Shown: positions 25,232-36,697, counted from the first letter of the stretch. The stretch is 64,000 nucleotides of DNA from Octopus vulgaris (GCA_951406725.2 OX597822.1:56978001-57042000), one strand, 5' to 3'. The notes: a model not told the origin generated them from the letters alone. Made by a program: numbers and translations.

Positions 25232-28200
25232 TCACAGGCGAAACCTGAGAACTGGTCCATTTATACAGGCCAGTCTCGCACAATTCACCCACCTTTCATA
25301 AAACTTGCTATCGGACAGCACTTTCCTCTCTAACCTCATCTTCCTTTTCAAGTGAAACTTGAAAAAGTTGATGAGGCCTTGACCAAAGAGGAAAGTGTCT
25401 GTCTTTAGCCCTTTTAAACGAGTCCACCACACGACCTCTTTCGCCACAGCCACTAGGCACAAGAAAACGGCCTCGCCCTCCTTGTTAAAGGAGGTCGGCG
25501 GGGCAATCTTCACTATGGATTCGGCCGATAGTCGGATCCGTCCTACACGTGACAGTAGCTGTTCGACATAAACCCATATTTCAGCAATACTCGGGCACTG
25601 GACGAGTGCGTGCAGAACGGTTTCGTCGTCCTGGCAACACCTCGGGCAGGCCCGGCTGACGGCACTTCCGTGCCGGTAGAGTTTATCTCGAACAGGCAGA
25701 GCCCCTCGGTAGCACTGCCAGGCGAGAGACCTCTGGAAATTATCCATCGGCCCCGGCCCGAAAGTCCTCCCGAACAGACTGCTCAGTTCGTCGTCTTCAA
25801 CGCCTAGAGTTTCCCCGAGAACGTCGTCGCATTTTTCCTCCACTAACCCTCTATAGAACGCTAGAGTGGAGCTGTAACCGACCGCATTGCCCGCCTGGTG
25901 GAGGGCGGAGAGGGCTTGACGGCACTCGAGGTGCCAAGCGCCCTTTCTCGGTCTACGTTTGATCCAGGTCTGCAGCTCCGTCAAAGAGACGAGCTGCGGA
26001 AAATCGCGTCTGACAAAAGACGACCACACCTGTTCACCGTCTAGGAAGCGCTTGAGATGCCGCAGCCTGAGCGCATGTCTGCGCAACAGCAACCACGGCA
26101 TTCCAAGGCCTCCGTTCAGCGGTCGTTGACAGCAGATGGATCGCCTGACCAGTGGCACCTGACCCTTCCACAAAAAGTCGAAGAGCAGACGTACCAGCTT
26201 GGCCAACCAGCGGTTGGGACAAGGGACGACGGTCAAGCGGTAATAGATGACGGATGCGATGTACGCATTCGCCACCTCCGCTCGACCTTTCAGGGACAGC
26301 TTCCTCTCGGCCCATTTCTGGGTGAGACGTGCCACTCTGCTCGTCACCTCTTCCCAGTTCTTATCCACCTGGAGGTCCGGACCGAACCAGACCCCGAGCA
26401 GTTTAACGGGTCCGTCTGTCCAGCGCCCTACGACGCTGTTGGACGGCATGGGCTTGCCTCTCCAGGTGCCCAGTTGCAAGCCCACAGACTTTTCCGCGTT
26501 AATCTTTGCCCCTGTCACCGCTTCGTACTGGTTTAGCGTCTCGCCAATCAGGCTAATGTGCCTGTGGCTCGACACCACCACGGTGACGTCGTCGGCATAA
26601 GCAGACACGCTGTTTCCGCCTCCTAGATCGCGCGGGATGCCCCTCAAAGCCTCCAACTTGCGCAGTAATGGCTCGAGAGTCAAAATGTACAAGAGGGAGG
26701 AGAGATGGCATCCTTGGCGGACCGAACGCGAGATGTCGAACGGTTCCGAACGGTGACCGTTCACCCGTATCACCGAGCAGATGTTGCTGTATAAAGCAGC
26801 GATCCACCCGCGGAAGACTGGACCGAAGCCGGCTGCCTTGAGGACAGCTGCCAGGTACTGATGGTCGACCCTATCGAAGGCTTTACTCTGATCCAAGTTG
26901 ATCAAAGCCCCACCCGCGCCAGCGTCGTTACCCACCCTCTCTATGATGTAGCGCATGAGATGGAGGTTGTCGTGTATCGACCTGGTCGGCACGGCGCATG
27001 TCTGCGTCCCGCCGACCAGCTTGTCCACGACAAGCGCCAATCTCTTGGCTAGCACCTTGGCCAAAATCTTCAACTCTGCATTGAGCAGAGTGATGGGCCG
27101 GAAATTCCCTATAACGTCCCCCTTGTTTGGGTCCTTCTTTAGCAAAGCCACCACCCCTCGACAGACAAAAGCAGGAATTCTCCCGTTTTGCTGCCAGTTG
27201 CAGTAGACGTTTGCCAACAGGTCCGCAAACAAGTCTGGCATCGAAAAGTAAAGCTCGTAGGGCAGACCATCCAAACCCGGCGATCTACCTCTCGTGCAAC
27301 TCTTCATCGCTTCCTGTACTTCCCAGGCAGATATCGGTCCTTCGCAGCACTCCGCCTCGCTGTCCGAGAGTTGCGGCAGTCCGTCCAGGTACACACCGAA
27401 GTCTGTACCGTTGGTGTCCGTTCCACCGCTCGTCCCAAACAGTTGAGCAAAGTGCCGCTGAAGCACCGTACACATCTGCTTCGGTTGGGTAACCTCGCGC
27501 CCGTTCTGGTCCACCAAAGACCGAATGGTTGCTTTGTTGCCTCGCTTCGCCTCCGCCACGCGGGCCCATCGAGCGGCTCTAGTCCCCTCCCCGTTTAGCG
27601 AACGTGCCTTAGCTCTGACAACGCAGCCTTCGTGTTTGGCGTCGAAGTGTTGGTCGAGGGCCAACCTTGCCGCCAACACGTCGGTCGCGATGCCAGTGTC
27701 AAGAGCCTCGTCTAGTTTCTTAACTAAATCCCGCTCTCTCTTCCTACGTTCAATAGCTAGAGTCTTACTATACCTAATCGACTCTACTCTAATTGCTCTC
27801 TTGAGGGCAAACCACCAGTTGTTGTTGATGATTGCCCCCGTGAGCGCCCGCTTAACTAGTAAACTAATCCGGTCTCTGTAAGCTTTGCACGCCGTTAACG
27901 ACGCGTTCAGCTTCCAGTAGCCGGGTCCCTGTCTATGTAGCCTATCTAAGTCGACCGTACAGATCACTAATTTGTGGTCCGTATATTCGACTAGGTGGAA
28001 TTGTGGACACCCTACGCTGTCCTTATCCGCTGGCCTACAAAACACTCTATCTAAGTACGATCTAGACGACCCGATGCGGTTTGTCCAAGTCCACATTGGC
28101 ACATTCGGGTTGTCTAGTCGAAACCTGTCGGACAGCTGAAAGCGGCCGAGTAGGTTGGCGAGGCTCTTGCACCCTCCCCCTCTCCTAACAGACGCTCCCC

Positions 28201-28666
28201 TGCCCACCCGATCGAAACGTTCGTCTAAGACAGCGTTCCAATCCCCAACTAGTACTAGAGTGCGTGACGTTCCCAGGAAAACTTCCAGACGTTTGAAATA
28301 ATCCGACTGCCCTGCTCCTGTCGGAGCGTAGGCAGCCAGCAGTCTGAAAGCACCGCCGTCACTACCGTCGACGTCGAGGACCACCAACTTACCTTCCGGA
28401 TCCAAGAAGACTGTCCTTATTTTCAGGTCCAGGCCCTTCCGAAACAACACCGCAGTACCACCACCGCCCGCTCCCGGCCGACACGGAGATAGAAATATCT
28501 CGTATCCGCCGAAAAGGGCTGCGAGTTCCTGCGGGTCGGAGAGCCTGGTTTCACTGATGGCTGCTACATCCACATCATGAAACCTCAGGTCGTTTAACAG
28601 GTGACCCTGTTTCCAAGGTGACCCGAGGCCTCTCACATTCAAGCAACCGATTCTAAGATTTGCCAT
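25232..28666 (-). CDS. Tx1-like ORF2, 1144 aa: APE endonuclease, RT, C-terminal CCHC
   Basis: CLNVRGL, ISETR, GDWN, YLDRVF, TDH; SPGLDG, NFRPITLLN, LDQSKAFDRV, RQGCHLS, AYADDV; CPRC..ETVLHALVQC. Confidence 0.95.
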   Translation of the reverse strand: MANLRIGCLNVRGLGSPWKQGHLLNDLRFHDVDVAAISETRLSDPQELAALFGGYEIFLSPCRPGAGGGGTAVLFRKGLDLKIRTVFLDPEGKLVVLDVDGSDGGAFRLLAAYAPTGAGQSDYFKRLEVFLGTSRTLVLVGDWNAVLDERFDRVGRGASVRRGGGCKSLANLLGRFQLSDRFRLDNPNVPMWTWTNRIGSSRSYLDRVFCRPADKDSVGCPQFHLVEYTDHKLVICTVDLDRLHRQGPGYWKLNASLTACKAYRDRISLLVKRALTGAIINNNWWFALKRAIRVESIRYSKTLAIERRKRERDLVKKLDEALDTGIATDVLAARLALDQHFDAKHEGCVVRAKARSLNGEGTRAARWARVAEAKRGNKATIRSLVDQNGREVTQPKQMCTVLQRHFAQLFGTSGGTDTNGTDFGVYLDGLPQLSDSEAECCEGPISAWEVQEAMKSCTRGRSPGLDGLPYELYFSMPDLFADLLANVYCNWQQNGRIPAFVCRGVVALLKKDPNKGDVIGNFRPITLLNAELKILAKVLAKRLALVVDKLVGGTQTCAVPTRSIHDNLHLMRYIIERVGNDAGAGGALINLDQSKAFDRVDHQYLAAVLKAAGFGPVFRGWIAALYSNICSVIRVNGHRSEPFDISRSVRQGCHLSSLLYILTLEPLLRKLEALRGIPRDLGGGNSVSAYADDVTVVVSSHRHISLIGETLNQYEAVTGAKINAEKSVGLQLGTWRGKPMPSNSVVGRWTDGPVKLLGVWFGPDLQVDKNWEEVTSRVARLTQKWAERKLSLKGRAEVANAYIASVIYYRLTVVPCPNRWLAKLVRLLFDFLWKGQVPLVRRSICCQRPLNGGLGMPWLLLRRHALRLRHLKRFLDGEQVWSSFVRRDFPQLVSLTELQTWIKRRPRKGAWHLECRQALSALHQAGNAVGYSSTLAFYRGLVEEKCDDVLGETLGVEDDELSSLFGRTFGPGPMDNFQRSLAWQCYRGALPVRDKLYRHGSAVSRACPRCCQDDETVLHALVQCPSIAEIWVYVEQLLSRVGRIRLSAESIVKIAPPTSFNKEGEAVFLCLVAVAKEVVWWTRLKGLKTDTFLFGQGLINFFKFHLKRKMRLERKVLSDSKFYERWVNCARLACINGPVLRFRL

Positions 28667-28704
28667 GTCTCAAAGTAGGGGGAAAAAAAGGAGAAAAAAA
28701 GGCT

Positions 28705-29509
28705 CTACTTACTGTTGTTGGTGGTGGGGGTGGCTCCCTTGTGCTTTTGCACGGGTGCTTCCACAATGTTTTTATAAAGTTTCTTCGAGAAACTTTTCCC
28801 TAGCGATCCCACATCGTTAGGGAATATTTGTTTGATTTCATCATATGATTTTGCATTTATTTTTATTGTGAGAATGTGTGCTGGTGGTGTGTTTTGTGTT
28901 GGTATGATGAAATCGGTTATATTTGTACTAGTTTTGTTTTTTAAGTACTCCACTAGTTTTTGGTTCTTTGTGTTTATTGATGTAATTGTGTCTGTGTGTG
29001 TTTGTGTGTGTGGCAGTGGCAGTAGTGGTGTCGAAAGTGTTGTTGTTGTTTGTTGTTGTGAGTGTGTGTTGTTGTTGTTGTTGTTGTTGATGTTGGGAAG
29101 CACTATTTGTTCGTGCTTCCCCTGTAAATCTTTTTGTTTCTTCCTCCTTTTCTTCTTTGGAGGCACTATACTCCATTCTCCTTTGTTGGAATCAGAGCTC
29201 GCACAATCCGAGATCTCTTCATCCGGCAAAGGAATGGTTGAGGGTCTGCTTCAGTAGCAGGACGAAAAGTTTCTGGTTCCACCGGTATCGGTGGTGCCGC
29301 TGCTCCTGTTACTGTTGATGTCGCTGCTGTCGACCTTCGAGGTACTGGTGTCGGTGTTGGTTTGGTGGTGGTTGTCGGTGTTGGTTTGGTGGTGGTTGTT
29401 GTTGTTGGAGGTGGTGTTGCTCGTCTTGGTGCTGGTGTTGGTGATGGTGTTGGTGGTGTGGCAGCCTTTGGTGTTTCTTGCTGTTTTTGTTGTTTCTGTT
29501 GTTGTTGCT

Positions 29510-29547
<38 letters not shown>

Positions 29548-30571
29548 GCTGCTGCCTCTTGCTGAAAGCCTCCATCCTCTTTTTGTGAATGGGACAGTCC
29601 CTCTTTAAGTGGCTTTCGCTGCTGCAGAGAAAGCATTTTGGCTTTCGCCCCTCCACAGCAACGTTTAGCCTAGTGCCGTCCGGCAAACTTACGAAATCAG
29701 GGACTTTACTTATATTCTCTTGCTGAATTTGCGCAAGAAGCAGCACTCCCATCCCCAACCAGTTTTTCGCCCTCACTCTCCTGACATCTAGAATGGTGGT
29801 AGTGTCCTCTATATCATAGAGGACAGCTGCCACCAGCCATGACATATTTAATTCAGGGGGGACGAGGTCGATTTTTATTTTTGTAACTCTTCGCCCGAGG
29901 TGGGTTGGAATTAGTAACAAATTCTCAGTTTGCAAGGGCGAAATGGCGTTCGCCCTTGCCAGCTCCTCTGTTGGGAAGCGAACCTCCACGGTTCCAAAAC
30001 GCTTCCCCTTGGTTACGTAGCTCTTTTGGGCCCAAATGGGCTTTAGAGCTATCTCCAACTGTTGGGGTGTGGCATTTGTTATTCTTTTTAGTTTTCTGTC
30101 GAAAACTTTGTAAATTATTGTTTGCTTGTTGGTGCTTTCAATCACCTCTTGTGGAGTATTGAGGAAGATACCATTGCCATCCTTCCTTAACAATTCCTTC
30201 GCTCTTTTCACATCTTCTAGAGTTATCTTAACTTCCTCCGAAATTTGCTTCGCAGCAGAAGCAAAATTGTTGGAAGTTTTTTCTTTTATCTCCGTGTCAA
30301 TGTTTGTGATGATTTTTGTATTTGTTTTTTCTCCCTCCTCCTTCCTTACCAAAGCATTGGGTGAAGGCAGAGGGGGAAAATCAAGAATTACGTCGAACGC
30401 GACGTCATGACTTGCATTTTCCTTTTGAACCGAGCGCGTGCTCTGCGGTTCGGAAGGAGAATCTTTGTTGCCTTTTAAGGCGTGAAGTGGGTGTTTTGTA
30501 CGAGTTGTGCGTGTTTGCGGAGGGAGTGTATTTTGAAGGAAGGAACAGCCAACTGTTCGCTTCATAGCCAT
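28705..30571 (-). pseudogene. Tx1-like ORF1 copy A (RRM-like region, CCHC knuckle, polyQ and Thr/Pro tracts), two 1-nt frameshifts (~29510, ~29243)
   Basis: ATG at 30571 (MAMKRTVG); CFLCSSESHLKRDC; continues in ORFs 29166-29636 and 28705-29229, collinear with copy B. Confidence 0.8.
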
Positions 30572-31109
30572 GTTTTTTCTTGTTGTAATATTCAAAATGT
30601 TGAAAAATGTCAAATGTTCAAAATTTTCAAACGCAATTTCACCCCGAATGGGGCAAAATTTCGCCCAACCGACGAGCTCCGCAAGAAGCCGGTCGGTTTG
30701 GCTACAGAAATATTAAAAAATATTCAAACCTATTAATAGATTTCCAATGAAATTGGTGTCAAATTCACGGAGCTGATTCACGTACGTCTAACGGCGTCGG
30801 AAGGAATAATAATAATAATAATCAATTCTTTTCTTTTTTATTGGCCACAAGGGCTGACACGCATGATTACATAAAGGGACAAGACAGGACGAAAGGTTAC
30901 AAAGGGTTTTGTCCGTTTTTTTAAAAACATCGTGTAAAAATCTTTATAACAACTTATAAAATTCAACAATGAAAAACTCCCAAAAGGGGGAGACGTCTCG
31001 AAAGGTTCCTGGTGGAAAAAACCCTACAAAAGCCAACGGGAGCCTGGTCAAAAAAGGGGGTGTAGAGAGTCCCCTTTCTTCTCCTTTTACATTACCTTTT
31101 TCTTTGAAA

Positions 31110-34100
31110 TCACAGGCGAAACCTGAGAACTGGTCCATTTATACAGGCCAGTCTCGCACAATTCACCCACCTTTCATAAAACTTGCTATCGGACAGCACT
31201 TTCCTCTCTAACCTCATCTTCCTTTTCAAGTGAAACTTGAAAAAGTTGATGAGGCCTTGACCAAAGAGGAAAGTGTCTGACTTTAGCCCTTTCAAACGAG
31301 TCCACCACACGACTTCTTTCGCCACAGCCACAAGGCACAAGAAAACGGCCTCGCCCTCCTTGTTAAAGGAGGTCGGCGGGGCAATCTTCACTATGGATTC
31401 GGCCGATAGTCGGATCCGTCCTACACGTGACAGTAGCTGTTCGACATAAACCCATATTTCAGCAATACTCGGGCACTGGACGAGTGCGTGCAGAACGGTT
31501 TCGTCGTCCTGGCAACACCTCGGGCAGGCCCGGCTGACGGCACTTCCGTGCCGGTAGAGTTTATCTCGAACAGGCAGAGCCCCTCGGTAGCACTGCCAGG
31601 CGAGAGACCTCTGGAAATTATCCATCGGCCCCGGCCCGAAAGTCCTCCCGAACAGACCGCTCAGTTCGTCGTCTTCAACGCCTAGAGTTTCCCCGAGAAC
31701 GTCGTCGCATTTTTCCTCCACTAACCCTCTATAGAACGCTAGAGTGGAGCTGTAACCGACCGCATTGCCCGCCTGGTGGAGGGCGGAGAGGGCTTGACGG
31801 CACTCGAGGTGCCAAGCGCCCTTTCTCGGTCTACGTTTGATCCAGGTCTGCAGCTCCGTCAAAGAGACGAGCTGCGGAAAATCGCGTCTGACAAAAGACG
31901 ACCACACCTGTTCACCGTCTAGGAAGCGCTTGAGATGCCGCAGCCTGAGCGCATGTCTGCGCAACAGCAACCACGGCATTCCAAGGCCTCCGTTCAGCGG
32001 TCGTTGACAGCAGATGGATCGCCTGACCAGTGGCACCTGACCCTTCCACAAAAAGTCGAAGAGCAGGTGTACCAGCTTGGCCAACCAGCGGTCGGGACAA
32101 GGGACGACGGTCAAGCGGTAATAGATGACGGATGCGATGTACGCATTCGCCACCTCCGCTCGACCTTTCAGGGACAGCTTCCTCTCGGCCCATTTCTGGG
32201 TGAGACGTGCCACCCTGCTCGTCACCTCTTCCCAGTTCTTATCCACCTGGAGGTCCGGACCGAACCAGACCCCGAGCAGTTTAACGGGTCCGTCTGTCCA
32301 GCGCCCTACGACGCTGTTGGACGGCATGGGCTTGCCTCTCCAGGTGCCCAGTTGCAAGCCCACAGACTTTTCCGCGTTAATCTTTGCCCCTGTCACCGCT
32401 TCGTACTGGTTTAGCGTCTCGCCAATCAGGCCAATGTGCCTGTGGCTCGACACCACCACGGTGACGTCGTCGGCATAAGCAGACACGCTGTTTCCGCCTC
32501 CTAGATCGCGCGGGATGCCCCTCAAAGCCTCCAACTTGCGCAGTAATGGCTCGAGAGTCAAAATGTACAAGAGGGAGGAGAGAGGGCATCCTTGGCGGAC
32601 CGAACGCGAGATGTCGAACGGTTCCGAAAGGTGACCGTTCACCCGTATCACCGAGCAGATGTTGCTGTATAAAGCAGCGATCCACCCGCGGAAGACTGGA
32701 CCGAAGCCGGCTGCCTTGAGGACAGCTGCCAGGTACCGATGGTCGACCCTATCGAAGGCTTTACTCTGATCCAAGTTGATCAAAGCCCCACCCGCGCCAG
32801 CGTCGTTACCCACCCTCTCTATGATGTAGCGCATGAGATGGAGGTTGTCGTGTATCGACCTGGTCGGCACGGCGCATGTCTGCGTCCCGCCGACCAGCTT
32901 GTCCACGACAAGCGCCAATCTCTTGGCTAGCACCTTGGCCAAAATCTTCAACTCTGCATTGAGCAGAGTGATGGGCCGGAAATTGCCTATAACGTCCCCC
33001 TTGTTTGGGTCCTTCTTTAGCAAAGCCACCACCCCTCGACAGACAAAAGCAGGAATTCTTCCGTTTTGCTGCCAGTTGCAGTAGACGTTTGCCAACAGGT
33101 CCGCAAACAAGTCTGGCATTGAAAAGTAAAGCTCGTAGGGCAGACCATCCAAACCCGGCGATCTACCTCTCGTGCAACTCTTCATCGCTTCCTGTACTTC
33201 CCAGGCAGATATCGGTCCTTCGCAGCACTCTGCCTCGCTGTCCGAGAGTTGCGGCAGTCCGTCCAGGTACACACCGAAGTCTGTACCGTTGGTGTCCGTT
33301 CCACCGCTCGTCCCAAACAGTTGAGCAAAGTGCCGCTGAAGTACCGTACACATCTGCTTCGGTTGGGTAACCTCGCGCCCGTTCTGGTCCACCAAAGACC
33401 GAATGGTTGCTCTGTTGCCTCGCTTCGCCTCCGCCACGCGGGCCCATCGAGCGGCTCTAGTCCCCTCCCCGCTTAGCGAACGTGCCTTAGCTCTGACAAC
33501 GCAGCCTTCGTGTTTGGCGTCGAAGTGTTGGTCGAGGGCCAACCTTGCCGCCAACACGTCGGTCGCGATGCCAGTGTCAAGAGCCTCGTCTAGTTTCTTA
33601 ACTAAATCCCGCTCTCTCTTCCTACGTTCAATAGCTAGAGTCTTACTATACCTAATCGACTCTACTCTAATTGCTCTCTTGAGGGCAAACCACCAGTTGT
33701 TGTTGATGATTGCCCCCGTGAGCGCCCGCTTAACTAGTAAACTAATCCGGTCTCTGTAAGCTTTGCACGCCGTTAACGACGCGTTCAGCTTCCAGTAGCC
33801 GGGTCCCTGTCTATGTAGCCTATCTAAGTCGACCGTACAGATCACTAATTTGTGGTCCGTATATTCGACTAGGTGGAATTGTGGACACCCTACGCTGTCC
33901 TTATCCGCTGGCCTACAAAACACTCTATCTAAGTACGATCTAGACGACCCGATGCGGTTTGTCCAAGTCCACATTGGCACATTCGGGTTGTCTAGTCGAA
34001 ACCTGTCGGACAGCTGAAAGCGGCCGAGTAGGTTGGCGAGGCTCTTGCACCCACCCCCTCTCCTAACAGACGCTCCCCTGCCCACCCGATCGAAACGTTC

Positions 34101-34544
34101 GTCTAAGACAGCGTTCCAATCCCCAACTAGTACTAGAGTGCGTGACGTTCCCAGGAAAACTTCCAGACGTTTGAAATAATCCGACTGCCCTGCTCCTGTC
34201 GGAGCGTAGGCAGCCAGCAGTCTGAAAGCACCGCCGTCACTACCGTCGACGTCGAGGACCACCAACTTACCTTCCGGATCCAAGAAGACTGTTCTTATTT
34301 TCAGGTCCAGGCCCTTCCGAAACAACACCGCAGTACCACCACCGCCCGCTCCCGGCCGACACGGAGATAGAAATATCTCGTATCCGCCGAAAAGGGCTGC
34401 GAGTTCCTGCGGGTCGGAGAGCCTGGTTTCACTGATGGCTGCTATATCCACATCATGAAACCTCAGGTCGTTTAACAGGTGACCCTGTTTCCAAGGTGAC
34501 CCGAGGCCTCTCACATTCAAGCAACCGATTCTAAGATTTGCCAT
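31110..34544 (-). CDS. Tx1-like ORF2, 1144 aa: APE, RT, CCHC; canonical RQGCPLS motif
   Basis: Same motifs as copy A; about 11 aa differences by eye. Confidence 0.95.
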   Translation of the reverse strand: MANLRIGCLNVRGLGSPWKQGHLLNDLRFHDVDIAAISETRLSDPQELAALFGGYEIFLSPCRPGAGGGGTAVLFRKGLDLKIRTVFLDPEGKLVVLDVDGSDGGAFRLLAAYAPTGAGQSDYFKRLEVFLGTSRTLVLVGDWNAVLDERFDRVGRGASVRRGGGCKSLANLLGRFQLSDRFRLDNPNVPMWTWTNRIGSSRSYLDRVFCRPADKDSVGCPQFHLVEYTDHKLVICTVDLDRLHRQGPGYWKLNASLTACKAYRDRISLLVKRALTGAIINNNWWFALKRAIRVESIRYSKTLAIERRKRERDLVKKLDEALDTGIATDVLAARLALDQHFDAKHEGCVVRAKARSLSGEGTRAARWARVAEAKRGNRATIRSLVDQNGREVTQPKQMCTVLQRHFAQLFGTSGGTDTNGTDFGVYLDGLPQLSDSEAECCEGPISAWEVQEAMKSCTRGRSPGLDGLPYELYFSMPDLFADLLANVYCNWQQNGRIPAFVCRGVVALLKKDPNKGDVIGNFRPITLLNAELKILAKVLAKRLALVVDKLVGGTQTCAVPTRSIHDNLHLMRYIIERVGNDAGAGGALINLDQSKAFDRVDHRYLAAVLKAAGFGPVFRGWIAALYSNICSVIRVNGHLSEPFDISRSVRQGCPLSSLLYILTLEPLLRKLEALRGIPRDLGGGNSVSAYADDVTVVVSSHRHIGLIGETLNQYEAVTGAKINAEKSVGLQLGTWRGKPMPSNSVVGRWTDGPVKLLGVWFGPDLQVDKNWEEVTSRVARLTQKWAERKLSLKGRAEVANAYIASVIYYRLTVVPCPDRWLAKLVHLLFDFLWKGQVPLVRRSICCQRPLNGGLGMPWLLLRRHALRLRHLKRFLDGEQVWSSFVRRDFPQLVSLTELQTWIKRRPRKGAWHLECRQALSALHQAGNAVGYSSTLAFYRGLVEEKCDDVLGETLGVEDDELSGLFGRTFGPGPMDNFQRSLAWQCYRGALPVRDKLYRHGSAVSRACPRCCQDDETVLHALVQCPSIAEIWVYVEQLLSRVGRIRLSAESIVKIAPPTSFNKEGEAVFLCLVAVAKEVVWWTRLKGLKSDTFLFGQGLINFFKFHLKRKMRLERKVLSDSKFYERWVNCARLACINGPVLRFRL

Positions 34545-34582
34545 GTCTCAAGAATTAGGGAAAAAAAAGGAGAAAAAAGGCT

Positions 34583-36464
34583 CTACTTACTGTTGTTGGT
34601 GGTGGGGGTGGCTCCCTTGTGCTTTTGCACGGGTGCTTCAATAATATTTTTGTAAAGTTTCTGAGAGAAACTTTTCCCTAACGATCCCACATCGTTAGGG
34701 AATATTTGTTTTATTTCATTGTACACTGTTTTGTTTATTTTTATTGTGAGAATGTGTGCTGGTGGTGTGTTGTGTGTAGGTATTATGAAATCTGTAATGT
34801 TTGTGCTTGTTTTGTTTTTCAAATACTCAACCAGTTCCTGGTTTCTTGTATTCACTGCTGTAATCGTGTCTGTAATTGTGTCTGTGTTTGTTTGTGTCTG
34901 TGGTAGTGGCAGTAGTGGTGTCGAAAGTGTTGTTGTTGTTGTTTGTTGTTGTGAGTGTGTGTTGTTGTTGATGTTGTTGTTGATGTTGGGAAGTACTATT
35001 TGTTCGTGCTTCCCCTGTAAAACTTTTTGTTTTTTCCTCCTTTTCTTTTTTGGAGGTACTATATTCCATTCTCCTTTGTTGGAATCCGAGCTCGCACAAT
35101 CCGAGATCTCTTCATCCGGCAAAGGAATGGTTGAGGGGTCTGCTTCAGTAGCAGGACGAAAAGTTTTAGGTTCCGCCGGTATCGGTGGTGCCGCTGCTCC
35201 TGTTACTGTTGATGTCGCTGCTGTCGACCTTCGAGGTACTGGTGTCGGTGTTGGTTTGGTGGTGGTTGTCGGTGTTGGTTTGGTGGTGGTTGTTGTTGTT
35301 GGAGGTGGTGTTGTTCGTCTTGGTGCTGGTGTTGGTGATGGTGTTGGTGGTGTGGCAGCCTTTGGTTTTTCTTGCTGTTTTTGTTGTTTCTGTTGTTGTT
35401 GCTTGTGTTGTTGTTGTTGTTGTTGTTGTTGCTGCTGCCTCTTGCTATACTCCTCCATTCTCTTTTTTTGAATGGGGCAGTCCCTTTTTAGGTGGCTTTC
35501 GCTACTGCAGAGGAAACATTTTGGCTTTCGCCCCTCTACAATAACATTTAGCCTGGTCCCATCCAGCAAGATGACAAAGTCAGGTATGGCATTGATGTTT
35601 TCCTGCTGGATCTGTACCAGCAGTTGAATACCCATGCCTGACCAGTTCTTTTCTCGTACCCTCCGAACATTCAGAATAGTGGCAGTGTCCTCTATGCCAT
35701 AGAGGACAGCCGCCACTAGCCATGAGATTTTCTGTTCGGGGGTATTGTGCTTATGGTTATTTTTTGTACCTTACGCCCGAGGTACGTCGGGACGAGGAAC
35801 AAATGTTCATTTTGCAAGGGCGAAATGGCGTTTGCCCTTGCAAGCTCCTCTGTTGGGAAGCGAACCTCCACGGTTCCAAATCGCTTCCCTCTTGTCACAT
35901 AGCTCTTCTGGCCCCAAATGGGCTTCAGAGCCATCTCCAACTGTTGTGGTGTGGCGTTAAACAATCTTTTAGTTTTCTTTTCGAAGACTTTATAAAAGAT
36001 TGTTCTTTTGCTTGTTTCTTGTGTGAGTTGTTGAGGTGTGTTGAGGAAAACACTGTTCCCCTCCTTTCTCAACAAATCTTGTGCCATTTTTATGTCCTCC
36101 ATTGTAATTTCTACATCTTCCGAAATTTGCTTCGCAGCAGAAGCAAAATCGTTAGAAGCTTTTACAGTTTTTTGTTGGTTCTTGTCTGTGTTTGTGTCTG
36201 TTATAATTTTCTTTACCTCCCCCTTCGGTACAGCATCACTTGTTGAAGGCAGAGGGGGGAAATCAAGAGTGACGTCGAACGCGACGTCCTGGCATGCATT
36301 CTCCTTTTGAACCGAGCGCGTGCTCTCCGGTTCGGAAGGAGGAGCTTTGTTGCCTTTTACGGCCTGAAATGGGTTGTACGTAACCCGTGACGTTATTTTT
36401 TTTTGTTCTTGTAGGGGGGTGTTGCAAGAAGGAGGGAAGAGCCAGCAGCTCGTTTTAGTGCCAT
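34583..36464 (-). pseudogene. Tx1-like ORF1 copy B, frameshifts in homopolymer runs (~36400, ~35740)
   Basis: Probable ATG at 36464 (MALKRAAG vs MAMKRTVG in A); ORFs 35716-36564 and 34583-35716 collinear with copy A; CFLCSSESHLKRDC. Confidence 0.75.
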
Positions 36465-36697
36465 TTTGTAATGTGTGTGTGCAAAAAAATGTCAATTTCA
36501 AAAGGATAGACAGTAATTTCACCCCGAATGGGGCAAAATTTCGCCCAACCGACGAGCTCCGCAAGAAGCCGGTCGGTTTGGCTACAAAAATATTAAAAAA
36601 TATTCAAGCTTATTAAAAAATTTCCAACAAAATTGGCACAAAACTCACAGAGCTGATTCACGTACGTCCATCGGCGTCGGAAGGAATAATAATAATG

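Larger units (their letters stand above)
24948..30804 (-). mobile_element. Full-length Tx1-like (L1 group) LINE, copy A, in (AAT)n
   Basis: 5' UTR, ORF1, ORF2 and 3' UTR; both termini match copy B. Confidence 0.9.
30823..36684 (-). mobile_element. Full-length Tx1-like LINE, copy B, separated from copy A by (AAT)6
   Basis: Same organisation and termini as copy A. Confidence 0.9.

Noticed and set aside
25610-33759. Antisense and overlapping ORFs within the Tx1 ORF2s
   Set aside because: Expected shadows of GC-rich coding sequence; no motifs
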